From Antedon mediterranea (lineage: Eukaryota; Animalia; Echinodermata): a stretch of 64,000 bases of DNA. Under the pieces are notes generated by a model. It was not told where the DNA came from. It did no database searches and worked only from the letters and a program-made list of their open reading frames with translations. Positions within the stretch are counted from its first letter, which is position 1. Each line of letters opens with the position of its first letter. This document shows, piece by piece, positions 41,401 through 52,839 of this stretch. Both the position numbers and the translations under genes were made by a program. The stretch lies in NCBI RefSeq assembly GCF_964355755.1, contig NC_092671.1, positions 38,140,304 to 38,204,303 on the forward strand, in the 5' to 3' direction.

Positions 41401-44400
41401 GTTGCTTCAAGCTGAAACAAACAAACTATGGTAGGCCAACTTAATTTCAACTGCAAGTTGCATCGTAACACAATGGTTCTTGTGTTTACATCCAGAACGA
41501 CAAAAGGTAATTTGGGACAAGGAGTCGTCGGCTAAAAATAACTTACTTGATTTTTCTAATACATTTATTATGGTACAATGAATCTATTGTTTCTACCTTC
41601 TCAGTAAAATTTGTTCTGGCACAAAGCTTTAATCACAAATTTTTTGATATTCCTTCCCCATGTTTTTTATTTTATATTAACAATCTGTCACTTCGAAACC
41701 AGGAATATTTGACTCATCATTTAAATGATTATTCTTCCTCTTTCTACTTTCCCTTTAGTTCAGTAAAAAAAAAAAATTATGTTTCAATCCGAGAGGACAT
41801 ACAGACTCTTGGGACTGAAAAGTTCAAACTATACAATCTGAAGGACTTTTATAATTTTGAAATCGCATATTTTGACTTTTTTAGTTTGTTTATATCTGTA
41901 AAAACATTCCAAAGTTGATATGATCACTTGCCTCAACTACAAATTTTTAAGACAAAATTAAATTTTTAAGCCAAAATTAAATTTTTAATGTAAAAATTTA
42001 CAATTTTTAAGTAAAAATTTTAATTTTTAAATCAAAATTAAATTCCAAGTAAAATTTTAAATTTTAAGCCAAAATTTGAATAGATAAATATATATATACG
42101 GTAATACAGAATAAAATAAACTGCATATTTGTTACAAATATTGACTTGCCGTTTATAGTGTTCCTACGGCCATCTGCTCCTATGAGGACGTTGAACTCAT
42201 ACTCCGAGACGGGATGGTCTTGTGGTGCGACCTTTGCCCTCCAACCAATCTCTGCAAAGATAAAGTTGTTAATATATAGTCTCCTATTCTTCCTTTATCG
42301 CAAATATCATTTATTGATCAGATTGTGATAAGATTAAGGTTTGATTACTTTCAGTGTTATACATATACACGTGTGTTTTCAACACAGTACGATGCAATGG
42401 ACAATTTTGAAATGTTAACTAAGACAGCATCGTATGACGAGGCCTGACGAGTCTTCTCGTCGAGAGAAAATTAAACATGTTTAAAGTTCTCCCAATGACC
42501 ACTCGTCTCGTCTGGATTCAACTCAGACAGCACCAATGACGGTTAGTCGGACCTTGTTATACAATGCTGTCTGAGTTGGCCTGAGAAAAACTTATTTAAT
42601 AGCCTTGCTGGCTTCCATTGAATATTGGATGTAAACAAAACGCAATCCAAATTAAGGCTGGTTACCTAATGTTCAAACTTAAAAGTTAAGCATGCTTGAA
42701 CATGAGGCTACGTGTTTAATAAAACATGGTAGAATTTTTTTTATAGTTTTTCAGAAATGAGAATAGACAAATTCCAAGAGAAACTGTGAACTTTAAGATC
42801 CTCAAATTGCAAAACAATTCTTATGTAATCTGTACTTGATATTCGATGTCCTCGTTTACAAGATCTAATGGAGTATCTCTACTTCTTTTATATGTGTGCA
42901 ATTGGCCATACATGTGTGTGAGATCACACCGCCATTCCTATATCCATCAACATATGCTAAGGTGAACACAAATTAACATGTTTAGCAGTCTATTTATAAC
43001 ATCAGATCAGAAATTTAAATTTGTATTCACGTTTAAGAACAAATTGGAGTTCTAAATAACTGCATTAGTGATTGAGGGAACTAGTTTTTATCACGTGATT
43101 GAATGTTAAGCTCTGTCTACACTATCAAATTTTTGTAACAAAAAAATGTGATGTGCCCATATATGGACAAGATGATGTCATACTACTGTCATATTTGAGC
43201 ATATCACTACCATATTTGTGCATATCACTACCATATTTGGGCACATCACGCTTTTTTTGTCAATGATAATGTAGACAGAGCTTTTATGATGCAGAACATA
43301 CAATATGACTGAATGACATATTATGGTTATAAATATATCCGCACTTGGTGGATCAATTATATTTAGTATCATAAATGTACCTGATATTTTTAATAAAAAA
43401 GTATCTTTAAATACTAGATATGAATATTTAAAATTAGAAGATGCTTATTAGACTTGACATTGCATCATTCAATGTAATATGAGCAGCAAATCATAATTTG
43501 AAATGGAAAAAAATAATGTATGTTGTATACTTGACAGTAAAGGTACAGTATGCTAATAACAGTGGAAAGGTTAATAATTTGGGTGATGAGAGTTAAAGAT
43601 TGTCCCCCTGAAAAAATAATATTTTAGATATGATGAAACATAATAATTATTCACTTTGACCAAAAACTGGATTGAAAAAAAAACCAATTCCCTGAAAAAA
43701 ATGTAATTTAAAGCAAAATATACCTAAATTGTCTGTCAGTGTCAGGCAATGTTTTTTTACGTTAAAATTAACTAACCGTTACTTTTCTTTTTATATAAGT
43801 GAAATAATTATTTTTATTCATTTTTTTTACTACAGAAGTGAAAAACTGCAAAATGGCCTATTCAAAATCTGATTTTATTAATCTTTATTTTTCATGTTTT
43901 TGTGGGACAATACATCTTTAAACAATTCCGCCATGGTGTGACATTGTAAAAACCAATTATTATTATTATTATTATTAAAGTACAACAACCAATAACCAAG
44001 CATACTAAGTTGATGTGGCTGGAAAAGACAGATTATTCTTTGATGTTCACCTAGGAAGACGGGGAAGTATTTCATTAATCTACAGGAAGTCATATCTTAT
44101 AATAACACCCTGGGGTTCATCGATAAGTTTGACATGAACACATTCAAACAAAACTCTATGAAAGTGATACTACTGTTAACCATTGGTCAGGATGATTCAG
44201 GTAATCTGGTTAATCGCAATTTGAATTTAAGTTTTATAAAAAGTTATTTCTGTTTTTATCACCGAATAAAATAAAGCCTTGTCTACACTATCAAACTTTA
44301 TGTTACAAAAAAATGTGATGTGCCCATATGGACATGATGATGCAGGCCTTTTTTAAGGCGAGTGAGTGCGATCACTCACCTAACACACTCCTAAACTGCC

Positions 44401-47400
44401 CCTGTGGAGTGCGATTTACAACACACAACATGATGATGTCATATCACTACCATTTTTGGGCATATCACTACCATATTTGGGCATATCACTACCATATTTG
44501 GGAATATCACTAAAATATTTGGGCACATCACAATTATTTTGTCAAACTAGTTTGATATTGTAGACAGAGCTTATAACAATTTTTGCTGGTCTGGAATATT
44601 ATTAAGAATATAAAAATAGGCACCTGTAGATTGGATGTAACACATGTATAGATTCCAATTTTAACCATCATTTAATCAACTTGCATCATTATTATTGTTT
44701 TAATTCGATGAATTTATTGTCATTACATTACTGTTTGTACTGTAAATAATTTTTTTTTAAATACAGTACAAAGTGAGAAAATACTACAGCAAAGGCTCAT
44801 GGGATGTATATGAACGCTCTACCTTTTTGTAAATGTGTGTGTACTAAGGTAAATTACTTTGTTAGTTGTCTTTTAATTATTTTTATTATATTGTTAATGT
44901 TTCTCTACTGAACCACTTTGGAAATCAATGCTTTAGCACTGAAAGTGTCATTTAGTACAAAGTCAGAATAAATAAATATATAAATACAATTGTTTTATAT
45001 TAAAAGTTAGACTTTAAATATTCATAGGTTTTCAAAATTAAAATAACTTACTTTCACATGACTGGTCTACTGGAGGTTCTTCTAAACCTAAGTATGCTAC
45101 GTTGGAATGAATTTGAACGCCAAGAAGAAGACTAACTTTCACCAGTATCACTTGAAGCTGTCGTATACCTACAAGAACAATAAATAAAATTATCTGAAAT
45201 GTGAGATTTTAAAAATAGAAATACCATATATATATCAAATTTTATTTTATTTTTTTAGTATTATTAATATCAAAAATATAACATTTACGGCACACAGTAC
45301 TGTAAGTGTGTTTATTTATTTTATTTCTTTATTCTGATATAAAATCAATAGGATAAAAACACAAAAAAGTACCGAGACGGCAAACTTATTTCCATTGTGG
45401 TCCTAAACAAATATAACAGAATAAACAAGGAAAACCACAATTGCTTAAACATAATACACAAACAAATAGCAAATTAAATTTCTCTTAATCTAAGAATTTC
45501 ACAAAAATAACCTTTTGATCTCTGTTTAAATAATTGTAATGAAGAGGAGCTTTGAACAAAATAGGTGAGTGAATTCCATAACTGTTTTAAATGATTTACT
45601 TGATTTAGTTTCAGTAATAAAGTTTTTTATGTGATAACCAAGACTTTACAATCTTCATTTGTTAACAAAATTAAAATATTGTATACAAATGTACTGTACT
45701 GACCAATGGATGTCAAAAAGAAATATGAAAATATTGATTTGAAGATATTGTTAATGAATAAAATACCGTATATTTCGGTGTATAAGTCGCACCTGTGTAT
45801 AAGACGCACCCCCTAACTGAGAGTAAAATATCGGTATTTTTTATATCGTCGGTGTATAAGACGCACCTTATATTTCATCAAAACAATGTTTTTTTAAATT
45901 GTAATCAATATTATTGTAATAATATATTTTGTTATATCTGCAACGGCGTCCTTTATTTAGGTTTTTTCTTACCTAGGCTCGGCCGCGCCCAGCCTCAAGC
46001 CGCAACATCGAGTGCATGACCATGTGTGTATACACGTACATGTGTGCTAGCCTCGCTCGATCATTTCGAGAGGGCGGACGTTTTCACGGACAATCGTATT
46101 CGATTAGTATCCATGTATCTAAGAAGTGTATACGCTAGGTCCATGCTAAAATCACCTGGAGAATATACTAGTCGAATACCGTACACCATGTGGCCGCCAA
46201 GAAGGGCTTGCGCTGGGGGTACGGCGATCGTGCGTATAACTACTGTATAAATAAATACTATTCCAATCGTACGTAAACGTTTACAAATTAAATTTTATCG
46301 CCATAATGAACAAATCTTTTCATCATATTTTTAGTATAACATCATGCTAAAATGCCTTGAAAACTAGGCAGAAGCAGGTTGCCGTTACGTTAGTTAGTTA
46401 CTTTAGCTAGGCCTAGCCTACTCAGGCCTAGCAAACGAGGTGACGATAGGCCTAGGCTAGGCCTATGTACAATCTGTGTGGTGAGGCATTTATGTTCGGT
46501 GTATAAGACGCACCCTTAATTTAGAGGTCAAATTTGCGTGTCAAAAGTGCGACTTATACACCGAAATATACGGTAAATCAATGCGGCAAAAAATTGTTGT
46601 TACTGATAATTATGCCGGTAATAGTTAAGTATCCTTAAGCGCTTGAAGTAAGCTACTTAGAAATGATGAATATGATTATGGTGGATTTCTCAAACTGTTT
46701 CATTAAATTTCAAGGTAGAGTCGTCGGCCATGTACAGTATCGACTATCATGTCCTCATACATTTAAATGAATGTCTAATATTATCAAAAACTACTTACTC
46801 TGCCATACCTCACACCAATATAATATGTATTATGCTAATGAGGCAATTTACTATCGTATATATCAAATCTGTAGCTCAATTTTTATATCATCAAATACAA
46901 ATATGTGAACATACGCTAAAGCTCTGTCTACACTATCAAACTTTATGTGACAAAAAAATGTGATGCGCCCAAATATATTATTGATATGCTTAAATATGGT
47001 ATTGGTATGACATCATCATGTTCATATATGGGCACATCACATTTTGACATAAAGTTTGATAGTGGACTGTAAACAGAGCTTAACATCATTGTGTGATATT
47101 GGATGGCAGGTAAAATATAATAAAAAGATATACAGTAATAATATCAATAATATCAATTATTAATTCAGTATTACTATTAAAGTAATACAGTAATAATATT
47201 ATTATAAATTATATAAATCAGTTATTACTGTATTCAGTATTAAATAAATGCAGGCAAATTGGGATCATTAAACTCTGTATGTTATAACACAAAGATTAGT
47301 TCAAGCTGAACTTACTGTTTTCGTGTCGCGCCTTTAGGCAGTTATATTCAAGAGAACAGAAGCATTAGGAAACAGTAACATGTGGTAGCTTATACAGTAC

Positions 47401-50400
47401 TTAGTTTACTAAAGGCTGAAAAAATGATTATTTGGAAAATTCGGACTGGGCATGCGCACACCCTAAAGCACGTCTGGAAAAAAAGAGTCTATGATAACAT
47501 TTGCTGATAAATTAATATTGAGATGCATGTAGACGGTTCTAATCATGAGAATGATGAGCGGCGTTTTTTTAAAATAACTCAAATACAGTCTAACTATATT
47601 GTATACTGGTTAAATTGTCAAATCATCATTAATATACTGTATTGTCATCTTTACAATAGGTTCCAATGTAGCTGTCAGTACACAATTATCAATTTAAACT
47701 TTGGTCATTCTCTGACGTTTACAAATTTAAATGTACATTTAGATCTCTATCAAGAAAACTTTATTAGGTAACAAACTCGGTTGTTCAATATTTACATTAT
47801 TGTAGTTTATGTATAATACCATATATGGTGGGTAAACAGAAATACGTTAAGCTCTGTATACAATATCAAACTTTATGTGACAAAACAATGTGATGTGCAG
47901 ATACATGGACATGATGTCATATCACTACTATGTTTAGGCATATCACTACCATATTTGGGCACATCACACTTTTTTTGTCAAACTAGTTTGATAGTGTAGA
48001 CAGAGTTTTAAGGTAGTTGTTGGTCAAACAATGTTCAAAACCAAATGGTGTCTAAGAATGACCACTTCCTGATTCGCAGACTTAACTGACCACCACACAG
48101 CACAGCGCACCGATAAAAAATGTTTACACTATTTATAATACAATTAAAATGACCTTTGTACAGTATATCGTTAAATCCTGGACTGGAACTAAACAATGAT
48201 AACAAAAATTTAAAGTTTTTATGTCGCAACATGGTCAGCTTGAATAAAGCCATTTTAGGTGGGTCATGGTCTATCTGTATAAAGGTAACTAGAGGTTAAA
48301 AACGTCACACATTACTGTTGTATTTAGCTGTACTCTCTCTAACTCAGAGAGTATAGTCTACGAATTTAAAAGCAGTTGATCATTTTTCTTGCTGTCATAC
48401 ATAACTAATGAACCATGTAAAAAGAGACATTTAAATTCCCATGTACAACAGTTCTAACAATACTGTTTATAATAACTGTGTTAAAGAACTATTTTGATTT
48501 GGTAGCTCCCACTTCAGGTGGGTTTTACAGATTGTACCATTAACTGATGGGTTGTCAAATTAATGAAATATATTTTGAGTTGTAGGGCTCGTCTCAGAGA
48601 AAATAAGGAAAATGTTGGTTTATCTGGGAAAACTAGGCGGGACATTCTATTATTAGAATCCCACACTAAGGGACAATGAATAATAAATGCAACAAAATAC
48701 TGTAAGTCAGTTTACAGTTGTTTCTATGAAATTGAATGACTAATGCGTTAGATATTCAAAACATGAAAATGACTTTTAAAGATGTTGCAATATGTTTTGT
48801 AGAATTTTACCTGAAAACAAAATAACTCACAGTGATTGGAACTTAAACAGGTGGTATATATTGGATTAATCTTAAACTGAATTTGTTTCAATTCCTTTCA
48901 TGATCACCATTACAATAACCGAGAAATAAGGTAATTTATTCATTGGTGATGTCATCAATATGTAGTAGTCATCAATATGGTAAATCATGGAGAAATAACT
49001 GATTTCTCCATGGGTAAATAGACCTATAAAGATGTTGGACAATAACACCTAATATAAACACTTTTAATACATAAAGCTCTGTGTAAACTATCAAACTAGT
49101 TTGACAAAAAAAGTGTGATGTGCCGAAATATGGTAGTGATATGCCCAAATGGTAGTGATATGACATCATCATGTCCATATATTGGCACATCACATTTTTT
49201 TTTTCACATAAAGTTTGATTTTATTTATTTATTTATTCAGGTATAACATACAAAACAGCAGCCATTAGCTGATAGCGTTTGTTTACAATCAATATACATA
49301 TATAATTTAAAGTAAAAGAGGCACAATTATAAACAGTATAGAAAAAAAACTATATATTATAAACATAAAATACAATATTATTCGCTCATAAAATTAAGTG
49401 TGGACAGAGTTTAAACATGTACTATTATCATATTCAGACAAATCAAATACAAACCACTAGCGAACTAATAAACACAGTGAACAAATATTGAGTAACAAAA
49501 CTGACGGAAAGGTCCAGGATCTTACAACTTTTAATGACACTAGACTACAACGTGTTTGACAAAGAACTTGAGGTCATTACGCAATTGCCATATTGTACAC
49601 GTTTTAAATGTATTGTTAATTACGGAACAAATGTTAATGACCTGTAAACAGTAATGCAATTTAAACGATTAGTAATGTCTGATTATCCAACACACATTCA
49701 TCAAATTGGCAAAAACAACGTCAAATATCCTGGATAACATGAAATGTTAATAAATGTGTATTATGAGAAAAACAAGATGATAGTAGAATATAAAATATTT
49801 GATATAAATATTAAACAGTATCATTAAAATTGGCTGTCGATATTGTGTCTAAAATGGAACTACTAACTACTATTGTTCAAAGTGTTAGCTTTTACTCTAC
49901 ACTTAAGCTCTGTCCACACAATCAAACATTATGTGAAAACAAAATGTGATGTATTATACAGTATATAGACATGATGATGGCATATCACTACCATATTTGG
50001 GCATATCACTACCATATTTGGGCATATCACTACCATATTTGGGCATATCACTACCATATTTGGGCATATCACTACCATATTTGGGCATATCACTACCATA
50101 TTTGGGCATATCACTACCATATTTGGGCATATCAAAACCGTATTGGGCACCTCACACTTTTTTGTCAAACTAGTTTGATAGTGTAGACAGAGCTTAAGTC
50201 TCAGTATAAAGAAGATGCTGCCGCTTTGATGGAAATAATAAAAATAATGGGAAATCAGAGAATTTAATGGCGCTGTCTATCTTTTTGTGAAACGAAAAAA
50301 GTGTGATGTAGTACTACCTAGGAAGAAAAAACTGTTTGGGTCAAAAACCTATAAGGAGTCTCATTACAACATCTGTATAAAGTTTTGAATTGTCAAAAGG

Positions 50401-52839
50401 AATATTAAGATATAAGAGCACTTTGAGATCATTGAAAGTATGCTATAACAATGCTTTGTGTTTACTGCTGAAGCAGCCTAGAAATTGCAATGCTTGTATT
50501 TTGTTTGTTTTAAAGTATGTTCCATCAGTTGATGCGTTCAATAGAAAATAAGTTTTTAGTTTTAAAAATCGTGTGAATGCAAGTGTCAATTCTCTGATCA
50601 TGTTCTTAATGTGTCAAGAATGCATACAGTGGAATGTCTTCTTGCAATTGACTTTAATATACTGTACATATTGTCTTTTTTGTTGTTATTTTTGCAGTAT
50701 TGTGTTTTCTATACAACTATTGAATGCCTCAATATTTCTCGCATAGCAACATCTATCACATAAAAATGTTCATACTGACATATCATACAATATGATTTGT
50801 TGACATTAAACTTTAAAGGTCAACAAAACAATATTTTTCAAGAGAATATAACCAACCTGTATATAATACAAGGAAATACAAAGGAATATGAAGTTTTTAT
50901 TATTTTTAGCTTTTAGGGCATGTTCAGAGCTACGGAGTTACACTTCCGTATTGTACATGGTGTGATCCAGGAAAGGTTAGTGGAAGCCACCTCTTACGGC
51001 ACTGAACTTTCGTTCGTTACGATAGCTCAAAGATTATTGAACAACGTTTACGATACGAAAGTCATGCAACGATTTGGACCTCTAACCAATCAAATTTACT
51101 CCTGCATACCAGATGTTTACTTAAATTGGTGAAACTTCAGCCTCAAACAAAAGCGTTAGTTAAGCAAATCTGAAAACTTTGCTGTTACAACGCTAATTAT
51201 AATATGACATTGCTTGAAATACGAAAGCATAACTCTATGGATCTGAACATAGTTTTAGGTGGAACAGGCATTTGACAGGAAAATATGAAAATAATAATTA
51301 TATCCCATCATTTTTATTAATTATTTATCTGTATTATGACAATGACAATATACTTACTAATATGATCAATAGCACCGGCACAGAACCTGCCAAAAAACTT
51401 CTTTGCTCCGAGGTTCTTGAGGTCATTAATCAGGAACGGCCAGAGATGTAGAACATTATTCCTTGAGAAGCTTTCGCGCTTCTCAACAACCACCACCTTG
51501 CATCCTAGTAGGGCAGCCTCTATGGCGGTCCTCAGCCCGCATGGTCCTGCTCCTATTATAAAAACCTACCACAAACAAATTAAAGTATTTTAATGTTGTG
51601 GCTCCACAAATAAAGATGAATACATTCTATCCTTTCCGATATTTATTAATGCAGTACTCTCTATACACAACTATTCAATTCATTACACTAAAAAACGTAT
51701 TACAGTATCTACAATGAGTTTAACTTCCATTAACGAATGTTTTTCTCATTTAATTAACATGGAGTTAAATCATAATTTCAAATATTTTATAATATTAAAG
51801 TGATGACCAAACGTCCATAACTTTACATATTTCAAGGAAAAGGATGCAAATTCATAATGAGTCAGGGTAGAAATAATTAATGATGTAACTAAATTATTCC
51901 AATGAAATTGATACCAATCAACTTAATTATGTTAGATAATCTTAATAATCATCTTAATATTAAAAATGTACTTTCTTAGCTCTGTCTACACTATCAAACT
52001 TTATGTTAAACCCATGTTTTTGTTACATAAACTTTGATAGTGTAGACAAGGCTTTAAAACAAGTATGGTGTACAGTATTATTGAATGAGTGTGAATATTG
52101 ATGATTCAATGATCTCTACTTAATCACATATTCCTATAAATAATATGAATATTTGTAGTATGCATATTACTGTAGGCTTACTGTAATAACAAGATAAAAC
52201 CAAACCAATAATGCCATAAACCAAAATTAATGTCGTTGACAGTTAATAATAATCATAGGTTTTAAACAAAATATGTACAGTACTGTAAACACATGAATTG
52301 CAGTCAGTACTACTGTACTACCAATAGGCCTGATTATTTAACAATTTTTTGGCAAATTTGGTGTGTATAAATTCTCAGTCAGGGGAAAAATGGAAATTCA
52401 AGGAGTTGTTTTAATAGATAATCTACAGTAACCCTTCTAACATAGCCACAGTGCTGATTTTGCCATTTTCCCCTGTTCTTTTATCATTATGATTTTTAAG
52501 AAGTGAAATACAAACTGCAATTTAAAAAAAAACTAATATTTTACTTGAAAATAATAAATAATAAAGCACCATACTAACATTGGTATCGTAACATGGCTTG
52601 GGTTTCTTGTACTCTTTCCGATTTGCACGTTTATCAAGTTTTGCCCATAACGACTTAGCTTTCCACGAATTGACCCGAGATTTCAAATTCACATAGAAAG
52701 TTTTATAATCTGTAGGCTTTAGATCAACGGCCTGGCAGAGTTCCTTAAATGCGATTGTGATCCCTTTAAACGTACTTGCTGTCATAAACTTCTCAAAGCT
52801 CATATTTATTAAATCCTTTGATTCGCCTTTCTCCTTCAT
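14357..52839 (-). CDS. MICAL3: MICAL-family [F-actin]-methionine monooxygenase, MICAL3-like; 22 coding exons, ~1908 aa
   Basis: Exons (minus): 52579-52839, 51358-51565, 45052-45168, 42150-42251, 37984-38240, 37356-37613, 36706-37045, 35875-36022, 34547-34746, 34011-34207, 32984-33247, 31714-31918, 29611-29835, 29137-29248, 28475-28686, 26206-28068, 25521-25672, 17563-17770, 17190-17289, 16741-16814, 14626-14740, 14357-14465; total 5727 nt, phases consistent. Motifs [29 protein letters not shown], bMERB. Probably the invertebrate MICAL co-ortholog; an upstream exon may extend the N-terminus. Confidence 0.95.
14626..14740 (-). CDS. MICAL3: MICAL exon, bMERB helix 3
   Basis: [27 protein letters not shown]. 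Confidence 0.96.
15438..15500 (-). CDS. Candidate 63-nt cassette exon of MICAL
   Basis: TAG|ACGAAGAAGAG...GGGCAGA|GTAAGT; phase 1-1, no stop ([21 protein letters not shown]). Confidence 0.5.
16741..16814 (-). CDS. MICAL3: MICAL exon, bMERB
   Basis: [23 protein letters not shown]. Confidence 0.95.
16904..17002. repeat. 12-bp tandem repeat (AAAGAAGGCAGG)x8
   Basis: Directly visible perfect array. Confidence 0.95.
17190..17289 (-). CDS. MICAL3: MICAL exon, bMERB
   Basis: [24 protein letters not shown]. Confidence 0.95.
17563..17770 (-). CDS. MICAL3: MICAL exon, coiled coil / bMERB helix 1
   Basis: [35 protein letters not shown]...[15 protein letters not shown]. Confidence 0.96.
18805..18965. 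mobile_element. Small MITE-like inverted repeat
   Basis: 34-bp arms gcgactttgataactccagagagagccgtattta / taaatatggcgctctctggagttatcgaagtagc with 4 mismatches. Confidence 0.75.
19268..19540. repeat. Diverged tandem duplication, ~160 bp
   Basis: gagggtatttgtgttgactttctt... at ~19270 and ~19430. Confidence 0.75.
19920..20482. mobile_element. Old non-autonomous DNA transposon with CAGTGGCGGATCCAGG-type TIR
   Basis: cagtggcagatccagg ... cctggatcagccactg; related end at ~62444; no TSD visible. Confidence 0.5.
20561..20593 (-). CDS. Candidate 33-nt small exon of MICAL ([11 protein letters not shown])
   Basis: TTGCTTACAG|GTT...AAG|GTATAT; phase 0-0 inside a phase-0 intron. Confidence 0.5.
21133..21311. 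mobile_element. MITE with long imperfect TIRs
   Basis: agcttggttcccactag...aacgcaaggacgtaa...ccaatgacaagcga mirrored by tcgcttgtgattgg...ttacgtccttgcgtt...ctagtgggaaccacgct. Confidence 0.85.
22037..22290. repeat. Near-perfect 114-bp tandem duplication (2 copies plus a partial third)
   Basis: aataactgtagagggc starts at 22037, 22151 and 22265. Confidence 0.92.
23622..23762. repeat. AT-rich ~17-bp minisatellite
   Basis: ctttaaaaataaaatgt repeated about 7-8 times with variants. Confidence 0.8.
24556..24573 (-). CDS. Candidate 18-nt microexon of MICAL (LKSFRK)
   Basis: CCTTTTTTCCCACCAG|CTGAAATCGTTTAGAAAG|GTAAAC; phase 0-0; TGCATG about 60 nt downstream. Confidence 0.55.
25345..25427. mobile_element. 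83-bp hairpin MITE with TTA target duplication (Harbinger-like)
   Basis: tta|aggcgaatttacacagatgagcagtaa...ttactgctcgtctgtgtaaattcgcct|tta. Confidence 0.85.
25521..25672 (-). CDS. MICAL3: MICAL exon, pre-bMERB linker
   Basis: [24 protein letters not shown]...; AAG|GTGAG donor; phase fits. Confidence 0.85.
26206..28068 (-). CDS. MICAL3: MICAL large low-complexity exon (1863 nt)
   Basis: Contains ORF 26198..27928; CAG acceptor ~28069-28071, G|GTTTGT donor; S/P/E-rich then K/R-rich. Confidence 0.9.
28475..28686 (-). CDS. MICAL3: MICAL exon, Asp/Glu-rich
   Basis: [15 protein letters not shown]...[19 protein letters not shown]; phases 2 and 1 fit neighbours. Confidence 0.85.
29137..29248 (-). 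CDS. MICAL3: MICAL exon, linker
   Basis: Splice yields TPERV-ELEN; [12 protein letters not shown]. Confidence 0.88.
29611..29835 (-). CDS. MICAL3: MICAL exon, end of LIM plus linker
   Basis: GKFFCRLH completes the LIM; ends ATPERV. Confidence 0.9.
30620..30839 (-). mobile_element. Hammerhead-headed dispersed repeat, copy 1 (core mutated)
   Basis: Homologous to 58462-58680; minus strand reads CTGATGA-AGGGCTAGTGTTGACC-AAAA-GCTC (G12 replaced by A). Confidence 0.75.
31714..31918 (-). CDS. MICAL3: MICAL exon, LIM domain
   Basis: [39 protein letters not shown]. Confidence 0.96.
32535..32705. repeat. 40-bp tandem repeat, about 4 copies plus degenerate flanking units
   Basis: cactgtctaaatgcctttagacactataaatgtgtttaa repeated. 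Confidence 0.9.
32984..33247 (-). CDS. MICAL3: MICAL exon, linker
   Basis: [15 protein letters not shown]; phase 0-0, AG/GTAGG. Confidence 0.85.
33798..33981. mobile_element. 184-bp hAT-like MITE with 6-bp duplication
   Basis: ggatgc|caaggatgtcacca...tggtgacatccctg|ggatgc. Confidence 0.7.
34011..34207 (-). CDS. MICAL3: MICAL exon, basic linker
   Basis: Open in the required phase ([15 protein letters not shown]...); TAGCAG tandem acceptor, AG|GTTGGT donor. Confidence 0.85.
34547..34746 (-). CDS. MICAL3: MICAL exon, calponin-homology domain (second half)
   Basis: [21 protein letters not shown]...[17 protein letters not shown]. Confidence 0.95.
35875..36022 (-). CDS. MICAL3: MICAL exon, calponin-homology domain (first half)
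   Basis: [42 protein letters not shown]. Confidence 0.95.
36706..37045 (-). CDS. MICAL3: MICAL exon, end of monooxygenase domain
   Basis: [23 protein letters not shown]...[18 protein letters not shown]...IDPKTRYP. Confidence 0.97.
37356..37613 (-). CDS. MICAL3: MICAL exon, monooxygenase GD motif
   Basis: DYADV...DVAMFDFTS...[12 protein letters not shown]. Confidence 0.96.
37984..38240 (-). CDS. MICAL3: MICAL exon, monooxygenase domain
   Basis: [17 protein letters not shown]...[15 protein letters not shown]...[23 protein letters not shown]. Confidence 0.97.
38470..38811. mobile_element. Kolobok-like MITE (degenerate copy)
   Basis: Homologous to 43597-43917 (ttattcactttgaccaaaaactggattg...gggacaatacat). 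Confidence 0.7.
41938..42080. repeat. ~20-bp AT-rich minisatellite
   Basis: aaatttttaagccaaaatta repeated about 7 times with variants. Confidence 0.75.
42150..42251 (-). CDS. MICAL3: MICAL exon, DG motif (GC donor)
   Basis: [33 protein letters not shown]; donor G|GCAAGT. Confidence 0.93.
42417..42577. mobile_element. Degenerate MITE-like inverted repeat
   Basis: aactaagacagcatcgtatgacgagg / ccttgttatacaatgctgtctgagtt. Confidence 0.6.
43597..43917. mobile_element. Kolobok-like MITE with TTAA flanks
   Basis: ttaa|agattgtcccc...gggacaatacatct|ttaa. Confidence 0.75.
45052..45168 (-). CDS. MICAL3: MICAL exon, monooxygenase domain
   Basis: [20 protein letters not shown]...LEEPP; AG/GTAAG. Confidence 0.95.
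45310..45600 (-). mobile_element. CR1/L2-type LINE 3' fragment
   Basis: Minus frame reads [21 protein letters not shown], followed by an A-rich (AATA)n tail. Confidence 0.6.
45766..46573. mobile_element. 808-bp non-autonomous Tc1/mariner (Tc2/pogo-like) element
   Basis: ta|CCGTATATTTCGGTGTATAAGTCGCAC...GTGCGACTTATACACCGAAATATACGG|ta: perfect 27-bp TIR, TA TSD, subterminal gtgtataagacgcacc repeats. Confidence 0.92.
49906..50194. repeat. MITE copy with about 7 tandem 21-bp units (GGCATATCACTACCATATTTG)
   Basis: Array enclosed by the family TIRs; source of the spurious repetitive ORFs. Confidence 0.92.
50916..51253. mobile_element. Degenerate Harbinger-like MITE
   Basis: tta|gggcatgttcagagctacggagttacacttccgtatt mirrored imperfectly by aatacgaaagcataactctatggatctgaacat. 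Confidence 0.6.
51358..51565 (-). CDS. MICAL3: MICAL exon, FAD-binding GxGxxG
   Basis: [44 protein letters not shown]...FCAGAIDHI; AG/GT boundaries. Confidence 0.97.

Noticed and set aside
41548-41556. 9-nt microexon in the monooxygenase domain
   Set aside because: No polypyrimidine tract, and it would interrupt a tightly conserved motif.
49929-50186. Three overlapping heptad-repeat ORFs
   Set aside because: Same MITE-internal minisatellite artefact.
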